From: Gemmatimonadota bacterium
GTDB lineage: Bacteria > Gemmatimonadota > Gemmatimonadetes > Palauibacterales > Palauibacteraceae
Assembly (NCBI GenBank): GCA_020351855.1
Contig: CP070670.1
Coordinates: forward strand, 1,170,294-1,234,293
Length of the DNA stretch: 64,000 bases
Direction of reading: 5' to 3'
A program made the translations under genes and the position numbers. The notes under the pieces were generated by a model, which ran no database searches, was not told the origin of the DNA, and saw only the letters and a program-made list of their open reading frames with translations. This document shows, in pieces, positions 16,575 through 26,789 of this stretch (positions are counted from its first letter, which is position 1; every line of letters begins with the position of its first letter).

Positions 16575-18662
16575 GTGCACAGACTTGAGAAGGAGTTTGC
16601 TGGGCGAACGCTCGTCATGGAGACGGGCAAGATGGCCAGGCAGGCGGACGGAGCGGTCTACATTCAGTATGGCGACAGCGCGGTTCTCGTGACGGCAGTC
16701 GCAGAACGGAAGCGTACGAGCCTGCCGTTCTTCCCCCTGACCGTAGAGTACCGCGAGAAGAGCTACGCGGCCGGGAAGTTCCCGGGCGGATTCATCAAGC
16801 GCGAGGGACGGCCCGGCGACAAGGAGATCGTCTCGGCGCGGCAGATCGATAGGCCCCTGCGGCCCCTGTTCCCCGATGACTACCGGAACGAGACGCAGGT
16901 CGCCTGCTTCGTGATCTCGGCCGACCAGGAGAACGATGCCGATGTACTGGGCATGCTGGGAGCCTCGACCGCTCTTACCCTCTCCCCGATTCCCTGGGAA
17001 GGGCCCATTGCCGGCGTCCGCGTCGGCCGCGTGGAGAACGAGTGGATCATCAACCCCACCTTCGAGGAGCTCGACTTCTCCGACATGGACATCGTCGTGG
17101 CCGGCAGCGAGGACTCGATCGTGATGGTCGAGGGCGCCGCGCTCGAGATCGCAGAGGATGAGTTCGTCGAAGCCCTGAACATCGCTCACGACGCAATTCG
17201 GGAGCTCATCGGCTTCCAGCGCGAGCTGGTCGAGCTGGTAGGCGGTCCCGTGCAGAAGTTCGATTACGAGGTGGCTCAGGTGCCGGAAGCCCTCGAGGAG
17301 GCCGTGGCGGAGAAGGCGGCCGAGGGCATCCGGGAGGCCCTGCTCATCGCCGACAAGGCGAAGCGTGAGGAGGCTCTCGTGGCCCTGCGCGAGGACACGG
17401 CCTCGGCGCTGGAGGAAGCTTACGGCGAAGAGGTCATTCGGGTGGGCGGTATCCTCCGCGATCTGGAGAAGCGGGAGATGCGCCGTCAGATCCTGGAGGA
17501 CGGCAGCCGAGTGGACGGCCGCGGCCTGGACGACATCCGGCCGATCACGGTCGATGTTTCCGTGCTGCCGCGGACGCACGGATCGGCCCTGTTCACCAGG
17601 GGTCAGACCCAGGCGCTGTGCGTCACGACGCTGGGCACGATCGACGACGAGCAGCGGATCGACTCGATCGACATGCGCGGAGAGACGTCGAAGTCGTTCA
17701 TGCTGCACTACAACTTCCCGCCTTTCTCGGTGGGAGAGGTACGAATGTTCCGCGGTCCGGGCCGGCGGGAGATCGGGCACGGCATGCTGGCGGAGAAGGC
17801 TCTGCAGCCCCTTCTGCCACCGTACGAGGAGTTCCCCTACACGATCCGCGTCGTCTCCGACATCCTCGAGTCCAATGGCTCGAGCTCAATGGCCACGGTA
17901 TGCGGCGGCTCCCTCGCCCTGATGGATGCCGGCGTCCCGATGCGGGCTCCGGTGGCGGGCATCGCCATGGGCCTCGTCAAGGAGGGCGAGCAGGTGGCCG
18001 TTCTGACCGACATCCTCGGCGTGGAGGATGCGCTGGGCGACATGGACTTCAAGGTTGCCGGGACCGGTCGGGGCATCACGGCGATCCAAATGGACATCAA
18101 GGCCAAGGGCCTCAGCGTGAACACGATGCGTGAGGCGCTCGAGCGGGCAAGGAACGCCCGACTGAGCATCCTCGAGATCATGGGTCAAACGCTGTCGGCG
18201 GCCAGAGAAGAGATGTCCGATTACGCGCCGCGCATCATCACCGTCCAGATCAATCCGGAGAAGATCGGAGAGGTCATCGGTCCGAAAGGGAAGACGATCC
18301 GGGGCATCGAGGAGAAGACGGGCGCGAAGCTCAACATCGAGGACACGGGCGTGGTCACGATCTCCGCGCTTTCGGGCGAAGTCGGCCGTGCCGCGCGCGA
18401 GCTGGTCGAGGCGATCGTCCAGGAGCCCGAGGTCGGCCGGATCTACGAGGGCGTCGTCAAGAACACAACGAGCTTCGGCGCGTTCGTGGAGATCATTCCG
18501 GGGGTCGAGGGCTTGTGTCACATATCCGAGCTGGAAGAGGGTCGCACGGAGCGCACCGAAGATGTCGTTCAGCCCGGTGACGTGGTACAAGTGAAGCTGC
18601 TCGCCATCGACGAGCGCGGTCGCCTCAAGCTCTCCAGGCGGGCCGCCATGAACGGCAACTAG
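16575..18662 (+). CDS. pnp: Polyribonucleotide nucleotidyltransferase (PNPase)
   Basis: Two RNase PH domains, then KH and S1 domains (ITVQINPEKIGEVIGPKGKTIRGI; GRIYEGVVKNTTSFGAFVEI). GTG start at 16575 follows AAGAGG; the ORF track begins at 16518. Confidence 0.95.
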   Translation: MHRLEKEFAGRTLVMETGKMARQADGAVYIQYGDSAVLVTAVAERKRTSLPFFPLTVEYREKSYAAGKFPGGFIKREGRPGDKEIVSARQIDRPLRPLFPDDYRNETQVACFVISADQENDADVLGMLGASTALTLSPIPWEGPIAGVRVGRVENEWIINPTFEELDFSDMDIVVAGSEDSIVMVEGAALEIAEDEFVEALNIAHDAIRELIGFQRELVELVGGPVQKFDYEVAQVPEALEEAVAEKAAEGIREALLIADKAKREEALVALREDTASALEEAYGEEVIRVGGILRDLEKREMRRQILEDGSRVDGRGLDDIRPITVDVSVLPRTHGSALFTRGQTQALCVTTLGTIDDEQRIDSIDMRGETSKSFMLHYNFPPFSVGEVRMFRGPGRREIGHGMLAEKALQPLLPPYEEFPYTIRVVSDILESNGSSSMATVCGGSLALMDAGVPMRAPVAGIAMGLVKEGEQVAVLTDILGVEDALGDMDFKVAGTGRGITAIQMDIKAKGLSVNTMREALERARNARLSILEIMGQTLSAAREEMSDYAPRIITVQINPEKIGEVIGPKGKTIRGIEEKTGAKLNIEDTGVVTISALSGEVGRAARELVEAIVQEPEVGRIYEGVVKNTTSFGAFVEIIPGVEGLCHISELEEGRTERTEDVVQPGDVVQVKLLAIDERGRLKLSRRAAMNGN

Positions 18663-18770
18663 GGAGCGGGAAGCCTGGCAGAGTCCACCGCGACGGGAAC
18701 GGCCGTCGAGCTTTCGGAGCGGCTGGACGAGCACGTCTGGGCGTGGAGACGGGCCGATGGGCTCCGCGTC

Positions 18771-19952
18771 GTGTCCGAGCGCATGAGCGCCGCTCGCTCG
18801 GTGTCCCTGGGCATCTGGGTCGAGCATGGCGGGGCTCACGACGCCGATTCCGAGCAAGGTCTCGCCCACCTGCTCGAGCACATGGTCTTCAAGGGCACGC
18901 GACGGCGATCGGCACACCAGATCGCTCTGGAGGTTGAGAGAGTCGGCGGCTCCCTGGATGCCTACACGAGCCACGATCACACCGGTTACCTGGCCAGAGT
19001 CCCGATGGCGTACGCGGAGTTGGCCATCGACGTACTCGCGGACCTGGTCTTCGACCCGGCGTTGCGGGCCGAAGATCTGGAGCTCGAACGGCCGGTGATC
19101 CTGGAGGAGATCGCTGCGCTGGAGGATTCGCCCGAGCAGCTCGTCTTCGAGCTGCAGGGCAGGCAGCTGTATGGCGACCATCCATATGGTCGCTCGATCC
19201 TCGGTGCGGCTCACACCGTGGCGGAGGTGGAGGTCGGGGCCCTCGGTGCGCTGCACAGCTGCGCCTACGTGCCCGGCAACTGCGTGGTAGCCGCAGCCGG
19301 AAGGCTCGACGGCGACCGCCTCCTCGAGATGCTTCAGCGCCACCTCCCCGATCCCGGGATCCCGCGTCGCGAGGAGGTTCCGCCGCTGGATGGGCGCCTG
19401 GGGGGAGTCGAGGTCGTGGAGCGGCCGGGCGGGCGGCAGTCCCATCTTCTGGCAGGTGCCCTCTCGATCCCGCACTCGCACCCGCTGCGATACGCCCTAA
19501 TCCTCGTCGAGACGGCGCTCGGGGCGGGCATGAGCTCACGGCTGTTCCAGCGCATCCGAGAGGAGCTCGGCTTGGCCTACAGCGTCTACACCTTCCACTC
19601 TTTCTACCGCTCCGCTGGGCATGTGGGGGCGTACGTGGGGACCCGGCCGGAGACTAGCGGCCAGGCCTGCGACGCGCTCCTGGCCGAGTTCCGGGATGTG
19701 GCCGAGAACGGCCTGACGGCGGTGGAGATCGAGAGCACGAAACGACAGCTCAGGGGCCAACTCCTGCTCGGCCTGGAGTCCACCGCTTCTCGGATGCAGC
19801 GGCTGGCCGGAGTGATGCTGTACCGCGAGCGCTACATGACGGTGGACGAACTGGCGGAGCGGATCGAGTCCATCACGGTCGACGAGATCCACGAGGCGGC
19901 CGCATTCTTCCACCCCGATCGTGTCGCCGTACTGGAGCTGCGTCCGGCCTAG
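18771..19952 (+). CDS. M16 (pitrilysin-family) zinc peptidase
   Basis: HxxEH zinc motif HLLEHMVFKGT and a conserved downstream E (LEVERVGGSLDAYTS). The position after pnp is commonly conserved. Coordinates follow the ORF track; see the rejected-items note on a local 1-nt inconsistency. Confidence 0.82.
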   Translation: MSERMSAARSVSLGIWVEHGGAHDADSEQGLAHLLEHMVFKGTRRRSAHQIALEVERVGGSLDAYTSHDHTGYLARVPMAYAELAIDVLADLVFDPALRAEDLELERPVILEEIAALEDSPEQLVFELQGRQLYGDHPYGRSILGAAHTVAEVEVGALGALHSCAYVPGNCVVAAAGRLDGDRLLEMLQRHLPDPGIPRREEVPPLDGRLGGVEVVERPGGRQSHLLAGALSIPHSHPLRYALILVETALGAGMSSRLFQRIREELGLAYSVYTFHSFYRSAGHVGAYVGTRPETSGQACDALLAEFRDVAENGLTAVEIESTKRQLRGQLLLGLESTASRMQRLAGVMLYRERYMTVDELAERIESITVDEIHEAAAFFHPDRVAVLELRPA

Positions 19953-19970
19953 AGAGTTCGGAGGAGAACC

Positions 19971-21083
19971 ATGATCGTCGGCGTTCCGACGGAGATCAAA
20001 GCCTACGAGAACCGGGTGGCCTTGGTGCCGGCCGGGGCCGAGACGCTCTGCCGGCATGGGCACGAGGTGCTCATCGAGGCAGGCGCGGGGGAGGGAAGCG
20101 GCTTTCCGGATTCGGCCTACGAGGCGGTGGGTGCCGTGCTGGTCGAGGACGCAGACGCCGTGTGGGGCCGGGCGGAGCTGATCCTCAAGGTCAAGGAGCC
20201 CGTGCCGGAGGAGTACGGGAGGATTCGGGGCGGCCAGGTGCTGTTCACCTACTTCCACTTCGCTGCCGATGAGGGGCTGACCCGCGCGCTCATGGAAAGC
20301 GGAGCAGTGGCGATCGCGTATGAGACGGTCCAGCTTCCCAGCGGGGAGCTCCCGCTGCTCACGCCGATGTCCGAGGTGGCGGGCCGAATGGCCGTCCAGG
20401 AAGGTGCCAAGTACCTGGAGCGGGCGAGCGGCGGCAGCGGGATTCTCCTGGGTGGCGTGCCGGGCGTGCGGCCGGCCGAGGTCGTGATCCTGGGCGGTGG
20501 AGTGGTCGGGACGAACGCGGCACGGATCGCCGCGGGATTCGGCGCCCACGTCACGATTCTGGACGTCAATCTGGACCGCCTCCGCTACCTCGCCGACGTG
20601 ATGCCCGCCAACGTCGATACGCTCTTCTCGAACCGTCACACCATCCTCGAGCAGCTCGCGGGTGCCGACTTGCTGGTCGGAGCCGTCCTGGTGACGGGCG
20701 CGAAGGCCCCCAAGCTGGTACTCCGGGGGGACCTCGGCTTGATGAAGGACGGCTCGGTGATCGTTGATGTGGCAGTGGACCAGGGTGGCTGCGTCGAGAC
20801 CGTTCACCCGACCACGCATGCCGATCCCGTGTACCTGGTGGATGGCGTCGTACACTACGGCGTGTCGAACATGCCGGGTGCCGTGCCGCGCACCTCTACG
20901 CTGGCCCTGACCAACGCGACCTTCCCGTACGCGCTGCAGCTCGCGGAGAACGGCTGGCGAAGCGCGGTTCGGCAGAACGGCAGCCTCGCGCTCGGGGTCA
21001 ACGTTGCAGACGGCGCGTGCACGTACGCTGCGGTGGCGGAGGCGTTCGGGCTCGAGTACACGCCGCTCGACACGGTTCTCTGA
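19971..21083 (+). CDS. ald: Alanine dehydrogenase
   Basis: MIVGVPTEIKAYENRVALVPAG...ILKVKEP...VVILGGGVVGTNAARIA is the AlaDH/PNT family pattern. Confidence 0.9.
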   Translation: MIVGVPTEIKAYENRVALVPAGAETLCRHGHEVLIEAGAGEGSGFPDSAYEAVGAVLVEDADAVWGRAELILKVKEPVPEEYGRIRGGQVLFTYFHFAADEGLTRALMESGAVAIAYETVQLPSGELPLLTPMSEVAGRMAVQEGAKYLERASGGSGILLGGVPGVRPAEVVILGGGVVGTNAARIAAGFGAHVTILDVNLDRLRYLADVMPANVDTLFSNRHTILEQLAGADLLVGAVLVTGAKAPKLVLRGDLGLMKDGSVIVDVAVDQGGCVETVHPTTHADPVYLVDGVVHYGVSNMPGAVPRTSTLALTNATFPYALQLAENGWRSAVRQNGSLALGVNVADGACTYAAVAEAFGLEYTPLDTVL

Positions 21084-21213
21084 GCCAGCGTTTCGTCACC
21101 TTTCGTTCGCTCACGCCTCCGTCTAGATTGCCGGCGGCCGCGCGCCCGCGAGGGTGCGGCGGAGGCCGCGGACCGCGCCCTGCCGGCGTCCCTCGTCCTG
21201 ACCGGAACCCAGC

Positions 21214-22248
21214 ATGATCAAGTGGCTCAGTAAGGGCAGCCTGCTGCCGATCAACGACATCGGGGTCGATCTGGGCACCGCGAACACCCTCGTTTACGTG
21301 AAGGGCGAGGGAATCGTGCTCAACGAGCCGTCGGTCGTAGCGGTCGACAAATCGACCGGAGAACCGAAGGAGTTCGGGCTCGAGGCGAAGCGCATGCTCG
21401 GGCGCACGCCGGGCGGGATCGAGGCCGTCCGCCCGCTCAAGGACGGGGTGATCGCGGACGTGGATGTCACCGAGGACATGCTTCGGCACTTCCTGAAGGC
21501 GGTGACTTCCAGCCGCTTCTTCAAGATCCGTCCCCGGGTCGTGGTGGGCGTGCCTTCCGGGATCACGGAGCTTGAGCGCCGCGCGGTGCGCTCGAGCGCG
21601 CACGCGGCGGGTGCCAAGGAGGTCTACATGTGCTCCGAGCCGATGGCCGCCGCCATCGGCGTCGGCCTGCCCGTGGAGACGCCCACCGGCAACATGGTCA
21701 TCGACGTCGGCGGAGGCACGACCGAGATCGCCGTGATTGCCCTGTCAGGATCCGTCGCCGATACGTCGATCCGGGTCGGCGGGGATGAACTGGATGCGGC
21801 TATCGTCACCTTCCTGCGCAAGAACTACAACCTCCTGATCGGAGAGCCCACGGCGGAGGCGATCAAGATCCAGATCGGTTCGGCGTACCCGACGGACGAG
21901 GAGCGGGAGATGGTCGTGAAGGGCCGTGATCTCGTCTCCGGAATCCCGAAGACGGTACGCGTGCACTCGGCTGAGATACGCGAGTGCATGCAGGAACCCA
22001 TTCAAGCGATCGTCGGCGCCGTCCGCCGTGCCCTGGAGATCACGCCGCCGGAGCTCGCTTCGGACATTGTAGACCGCGGGATCGTCATGACCGGCGGCGG
22101 CGCGCTCGTTCGCGGTCTGGACATCCTCCTCCGCGAGGAGACGGGATTGCCGATCCATGTCGACGAGGAGCCGCTCACGTGTGTGGTGCGCGGCACCGGG
22201 CGAATCCTGGACGACCTTCCGCGCTACCGGAGCGTACTCGTCACCTGA
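21214..22248 (+). CDS. mreB: Rod shape-determining protein MreB (actin homologue)
   Basis: [29 protein letters not shown]...[13 protein letters not shown]. Confidence 0.95.
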   Translation: MIKWLSKGSLLPINDIGVDLGTANTLVYVKGEGIVLNEPSVVAVDKSTGEPKEFGLEAKRMLGRTPGGIEAVRPLKDGVIADVDVTEDMLRHFLKAVTSSRFFKIRPRVVVGVPSGITELERRAVRSSAHAAGAKEVYMCSEPMAAAIGVGLPVETPTGNMVIDVGGGTTEIAVIALSGSVADTSIRVGGDELDAAIVTFLRKNYNLLIGEPTAEAIKIQIGSAYPTDEEREMVVKGRDLVSGIPKTVRVHSAEIRECMQEPIQAIVGAVRRALEITPPELASDIVDRGIVMTGGGALVRGLDILLREETGLPIHVDEEPLTCVVRGTGRILDDLPRYRSVLVT

Positions 22249-22267
22249 CCTCCTGACCGGTAACGCC

Positions 22268-23164
22268 ATGTCCCGGCCCCTGCGATACATCCCCACCGAT
22301 CGCCCTTCGCGGGGCAGAGACTTCGTAATCTTCATCGTTCTCGTGTTCCTGGCGCTCGGTTTCGTGGCCATCGGACAGCACCGACAAGCCTATGTTGCAC
22401 AACAGGTAAGACGTTCTGTTCTCTATCCATTTCTGAGGCTACATGGGGTTTTCGAGCAGCATGCGGTGACGATGGACCGGACCCGCCGGCTCGAAGCGGA
22501 ACGGGACTCGCTGGCGGCCGAACTGTCTTCGGCCCGCCAGACCGCGATGGAGGTGAGCCAACTGAGGCGGGTACTGGGTCTCGGCGCGCTGGACGCGGGG
22601 GGCTACGTCCTCGCCGACATCGTGCCAGGGCAGCCGCGGGTCGGCGCGTCCCACACCTTCGTGCTCTCGAGAGGGCGCGCCGACCGTGTGGATCCGCCCG
22701 TGGGCGTACTTGCGGGCCAGGGGATCGTGGGAGTCGTACGGTCGGCCGCGCGCTCGTTCGCGATCGGTGATTTCTGGACGCATCCCGAGTTCCGCGTGAG
22801 CGTCCGCACCCAATCCGGGAGCGCCGTCGGCATCGTGCGGCCGCGGCAGGCGGAGGATGGCCGCTGGATCATGGAGCTGGAGGGAACGCCGTTCCAGGAG
22901 GACGTGCGCCTGGGCTCTCTGCTCGTCACCTCGGGCCTGTCGGGAATCTACCCGGCGGGGATTCCGGTTGGAACGGTGCAGGCCGTATCGGAGGTGTACG
23001 CCGGTTGGGCCAAGAGCTACCTGGTAGAGCCGGCCGCGCAACCGGAGGAGGCGAGCGTCGTGCTCGTCTGGCTTCGACCCGTCGCGCCGCGGGAAGACTC
23101 GACGGCAGCAGCCGACGAAGGCCCGACCGCGGGGACACAGCCAATGAGCGGGTCGGATGGCTGA
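22268..23164 (+). CDS. mreC: Rod shape-determining protein MreC
   Basis: Follows mreB; short cytoplasmic tail, a TM helix (FVIFIVLVFLALGFVAIG), a coiled-coil, then a beta-rich domain. The internal ATG at 22268 is preferred over the ORF-track start at 22157. Confidence 0.85.
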   Translation: MSRPLRYIPTDRPSRGRDFVIFIVLVFLALGFVAIGQHRQAYVAQQVRRSVLYPFLRLHGVFEQHAVTMDRTRRLEAERDSLAAELSSARQTAMEVSQLRRVLGLGALDAGGYVLADIVPGQPRVGASHTFVLSRGRADRVDPPVGVLAGQGIVGVVRSAARSFAIGDFWTHPEFRVSVRTQSGSAVGIVRPRQAEDGRWIMELEGTPFQEDVRLGSLLVTSGLSGIYPAGIPVGTVQAVSEVYAGWAKSYLVEPAAQPEEASVVLVWLRPVAPREDSTAAADEGPTAGTQPMSGSDG

Positions 23165-23615
23165 GGCGGACCGCCGCAGTATGGCTCTCGTAGCCATCCT
23201 CGTCGTTCTCCACTTCGGCCTCCGCCCGTTTCTCACGGACTGGCCGGTCGCCCCCGACCTGCTGACCGCGGCCGTTCTGCTCGGCGCTCTCTCCCTGCGG
23301 GCGGGCGCGGCAGCGATCCTGGGCTTTTCCGTCGGGCTGCTCGAAGAGGCGCTGGCACTGGGTGGGGGGTGGACCGCTCTGCTGTACACGATCGCGGCAT
23401 ACGTGGGGGCGCGGTTTCGGGAGATCATTTTCACCGATTTGCGTCTTTTCGTGCCGCTGTATCTTTTCCTCGGGACCTGGGCCATACGGCTGATGCTGGC
23501 GGCCCTGACCTCTTCGTTGGACGCGAGGACGGCCCTGGTGATCGCGCCGGTGGACGCGCTGCTCACGACGGTCGTGGCCGGTGTCGGGGAGGCAATCACG
23601 GGACGACGATCCTGA
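23157..23615 (+). CDS. mreD: Rod shape-determining protein MreD
   Basis: Small polytopic membrane protein that overlaps the mreC stop and is followed by mrdA. Confidence 0.75.
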   Translation: MAEADRRSMALVAILVVLHFGLRPFLTDWPVAPDLLTAAVLLGALSLRAGAAAILGFSVGLLEEALALGGGWTALLYTIAAYVGARFREIIFTDLRLFVPLYLFLGTWAIRLMLAALTSSLDARTALVIAPVDALLTTVVAGVGEAITGRRS

Positions 23616-23634
23616 GACTGGGAGCGGAGCAGGA

Positions 23635-25479
23635 GTGACGGAGGGGGTACAGAACGGCAAGAAGCGGCGGCGGGCGGCGGCGGCGGATCTCCTGCTGTTC
23701 GGATCCCTGGCCCTGCTGATCGCCGTCTTCTTCCGACTCCAGGTGATCGGAAGCGAAGAGTACGTTCTCCGATCGGAGGAGAACCGGCTGCGTGCGATCA
23801 CCGTGCCGGCTCCCAGGGGGACGATCTACGACAGGCACGGTCGCATCGCAGCGGAGAACGTGCCCGGGTACTCGATATCCCTGCTGCCCGGCTCTCCGGA
23901 CACCCTCGCCGCGACGCTCGGTCGGCTTGCCCCCTACCTCGACCTGAGCGATGCGGAGATCGAGCGGCTGCTGGGCAAGTACCGGCGCTTCCCCAACCAG
24001 CGGCTCGTCGTGCGGGACGATGCCAGCTTCGAAGAAGTCTCGGCGATCGAGCAACGGCGTCCGGAGTTTCCCCGTGCCGTCGTCGAGATGCTGCCCCGGC
24101 GTCACTACCCGGCCGGCCGGGCGATCGCGCACCTCATCGGGTACGTCGGGGAGATCAGCGAGGCCGAGCTGGAGCGCCCGGTGTACGCGGATTACGAACA
24201 GGGCCGTATCATCGGGAAGGACGGGATCGAGCGGCAGTACGAGAGCAGCCTGGGTGGCGTACCGGGCGTTCGCTTTGTCGAGGTTAGCGCGCTGGGCTCC
24301 ATCGTGCGGGACTTCGGCCCACGTCCGGCGATCGACGTGCAGCAGGGTGCTGATCTGGAACTCGGTCTGGATCTGGCGCTGCAGCAGTTCGCGGATTCGA
24401 TATTCCCGCCGGGCATGAGGGGGGGCGTGGTCGCGCTGGACCCGAGGACGGGTGACGTTTTGGTCCTCTACAGCCACCCCACGTATGACCCGAACGAGTT
24501 CATCGGTGGTATCGACATCGACCTGTGGCGCGCCCTGCAGGAGGATCCCGCGAAGCCCCTCCTGAATCGGGTTTCGACTGCTGCCTATGCCCCGGGATCG
24601 ACCTTCAAGCTCGTCGTGGCGAGCATAGGCATGACCGCCGGCCAGCTCGGCATCGGCAGTTACATGCCCACTTCCTGCTTCGGCGGGTTGGGGTACGGCA
24701 ACCGGCTGTTCCGCTGCTGGAAACCCGACGGTCACGGACCACTCGACCTCGCGGGTGCCATACAACAGAGCTGCAACGTCTTCTTTTACCAGGCGGGGAT
24801 GCGCCTGGGTCTGGATGCGCTTCTGGACGGAGCCGCCCGCTACGGGTTTGGCCGGGCGACCGGGATCGACCTTCCGTACGAGACGCCGGGTGCCTTCCCC
24901 CCATCCCGCGAATGGTTCGATGAGCGTTATGGAAGGAGAGGGTGGACGGAGTCCGTGGTCCTGAACCTGTCGATCGGACAGGGAGAGAATCAGCAGTCGC
25001 TTCTGCGGATGGCCCAGTTCTACGCCGCTTTGGCCACCGGAGAAGCGCCGGTGATCCCGCACATCGTGCGCAGCGAGGCACTGTCCGGCCGCCGAGCGAA
25101 CTGGGCTGCGGGCCTTCCGGAGGACCGAAGGCGCCAACTCCTGAACGCCCTCACAGCCGTGGTCAACGAACCGAAGGGCACGGCATATCCGTACCGTTCC
25201 CGGCGGTGGCGCGTGGCAGGAAAGACCGGCACGGCCCAAAATCCCCACGGCGCGCCTCATTCGTGGTTCGTCGGGTTCGCGCCGGTCGAGAATCCGGAGA
25301 TCGTGATCGCCGCGATCGTGGAGTTCGGCCATCCGGACAACACCGTCTCCCAGTCCGTACCACTCGCCATTCGGATCGTCGAGCGCTACTTGGATTCGCT
25401 GTATCCTGAGGTGCCCGCGCGCCCGGCCCCGCCCCAGCTTCCCGGACCGATCCCGCCGGACGAGGCGATCACTCCGTGA
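23635..25479 (+). CDS. mrdA: Penicillin-binding protein 2 (elongasome transpeptidase)
   Basis: PBP dimerisation and transpeptidase domains with STFK (GSTFKLVV), SCN (QSCNVFF) and KTGTA motifs. GTG at 23635 with an upstream GGAG is preferred; the ORF track begins at 23581. Confidence 0.9.
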   Translation: MTEGVQNGKKRRRAAAADLLLFGSLALLIAVFFRLQVIGSEEYVLRSEENRLRAITVPAPRGTIYDRHGRIAAENVPGYSISLLPGSPDTLAATLGRLAPYLDLSDAEIERLLGKYRRFPNQRLVVRDDASFEEVSAIEQRRPEFPRAVVEMLPRRHYPAGRAIAHLIGYVGEISEAELERPVYADYEQGRIIGKDGIERQYESSLGGVPGVRFVEVSALGSIVRDFGPRPAIDVQQGADLELGLDLALQQFADSIFPPGMRGGVVALDPRTGDVLVLYSHPTYDPNEFIGGIDIDLWRALQEDPAKPLLNRVSTAAYAPGSTFKLVVASIGMTAGQLGIGSYMPTSCFGGLGYGNRLFRCWKPDGHGPLDLAGAIQQSCNVFFYQAGMRLGLDALLDGAARYGFGRATGIDLPYETPGAFPPSREWFDERYGRRGWTESVVLNLSIGQGENQQSLLRMAQFYAALATGEAPVIPHIVRSEALSGRRANWAAGLPEDRRRQLLNALTAVVNEPKGTAYPYRSRRWRVAGKTGTAQNPHGAPHSWFVGFAPVENPEIVIAAIVEFGHPDNTVSQSVPLAIRIVERYLDSLYPEVPARPAPPQLPGPIPPDEAITP

Positions 25480-26699
25480 GGTGGCTGCGCACCCTTCGGC
25501 CTCCCGGCGATCTTCGTCTGTTCACTCTGGCGGTATTGCTGGCGTTGGTCGGCGTGGCGATGATCCATTCGGCCGGTCAGGTGGAGGTTCCCTCCCTAGC
25601 GGTCAACGCGTGGCGCCGGCAGCTGCTCTGGCTGGCTCTCGCGCTCGTCGCGTTCCTCACGCTGAGCCGTGTGCCGCTCCGCTGGCTCGACTGGGCGTCC
25701 GTGTGGCTCTATGGTGCAGCGATCGCGCTGCTCGTGTTCGTCCTCCTCTTCGGTACCGGGCCCAACACCCGAAGCTGGCTCGATCTGGGTCCCGTGGGGC
25801 TGCAGCCAGCCGAGCTCGCCAAGCTCGCTACCATTCTCCTGCTGGCGAGGATGCTGTCGTCGGATCGCGGCGAGATCGAGCGGCTGTCACAGCTGGCCCG
25901 CCCGGTGCTTATCGTCGTCGTTCCCTTCATCCTCGTGGCCCTGCAGCCCGATCTCGGAAGCGCCCTCGTGTTCGGCGCCATTCTCATCGCCGCGCTGTAC
26001 TGGGCCGGCGTCCCGATGGCCATCCTGTTCATGCTCGTCAGTCCGGGTGTCAGCCTCCTCCTCGGCTTCTCACCGCTGGTCTGGGGCATCTGGTTCCTGG
26101 CGATCGCCGTCTTTCTCTACCTCCACCGGCCGTTCGCCGCGGAGGGCATCCTCGTGCTGGTGGCGAACGTCGCGGCCGGGGCTCTCACCCTACCGTTTTG
26201 GCGGGGCCTGGCCCCGTACCAGCAGAACAGACTGCTCGTCTTCCTGCATCCCGAGATGGATCCTCGCGGCGCCGGCTGGCACCTGATCCAGTCGAAGGTG
26301 GCGATCGGCTCCGGGGGCTGGCTGGGGCAGGGGTACGCCCGTGGACCCCAGAAGCGACTCGCCTTCCTGCCCGAGCAGCATACGGACTTCGTCTTCTCCG
26401 TGATCGGCGAGGAGCTGGGCTTCGTCGGCGTCGGCGTGCTGCTGGTGCTGCTGGGGATTCTCCTGCACCGGATCCTGGGCGTGGCTCGCTCGACCGAAGA
26501 CTCCTTCGCCAGCATCACGGTGTTCTGCCTGTTCGCCGTGTGGTTCACGCACGTCGTGATCAACGTCGGGATGACCGTAGGCCTGATGCCCATCACCGGG
26601 CTCCCTCTTCCCTTCCTGAGCTACGGGGGCAGCTTCCTGCTCATGCTCTTCGTCGGTCTGGCCATCGTGACCCGCGTGTCCGCCATGTCCAACAGCTGA
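25476..26699 (+). CDS. rodA: Peptidoglycan glycosyltransferase RodA (SEDS family)
   Basis: FtsW/RodA family multi-TM protein. GTGA overlap with mrdA. Confidence 0.9.
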   Translation: MRWLRTLRPPGDLRLFTLAVLLALVGVAMIHSAGQVEVPSLAVNAWRRQLLWLALALVAFLTLSRVPLRWLDWASVWLYGAAIALLVFVLLFGTGPNTRSWLDLGPVGLQPAELAKLATILLLARMLSSDRGEIERLSQLARPVLIVVVPFILVALQPDLGSALVFGAILIAALYWAGVPMAILFMLVSPGVSLLLGFSPLVWGIWFLAIAVFLYLHRPFAAEGILVLVANVAAGALTLPFWRGLAPYQQNRLLVFLHPEMDPRGAGWHLIQSKVAIGSGGWLGQGYARGPQKRLAFLPEQHTDFVFSVIGEELGFVGVGVLLVLLGILLHRILGVARSTEDSFASITVFCLFAVWFTHVVINVGMTVGLMPITGLPLPFLSYGGSFLLMLFVGLAIVTRVSAMSNS

Positions 26700-26789
26700 C
26701 GGCTGCCCGGGCGCCCCGACCTTCTGCCGCAGCTTCGCCACCCGGCCGCTCTGCCGGTATATTCCGGTCGCGAATCGTGAGGAGCCTTC

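Noticed and set aside
18662-18940. Apparent 1-nt inconsistency between the printed sequence and the ORF track around the M16 peptidase start.
   Set aside because: The ORF-track coordinates 18743, 18771 and 18826 are each 1 nt higher than what I count. At about 18900-18901, the plus-strand M16 frame and the minus-strand 17886-19481 ORF both hit a stop in the printed sequence unless one G of ...CACGCGGACGG... is removed. Coordinates on either side (18662, 19952) agree. I cannot tell whether this is my miscount or a display artefact, so I used ORF-track coordinates and did not call a frameshift or pseudogene.
22380-22450. Local low-GC pocket (containing CAGGTAAGACGTTCTGTTCTCTATCCATTTCTGAGG) inside mreC; I considered an insertion or intron-like element.
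   Set aside because: The stretch reads through in frame and encodes a plausible MreC post-TM segment (VAQQVRRSVLYPFLRLHGVFEQ). No flanking repeats or stop codons.
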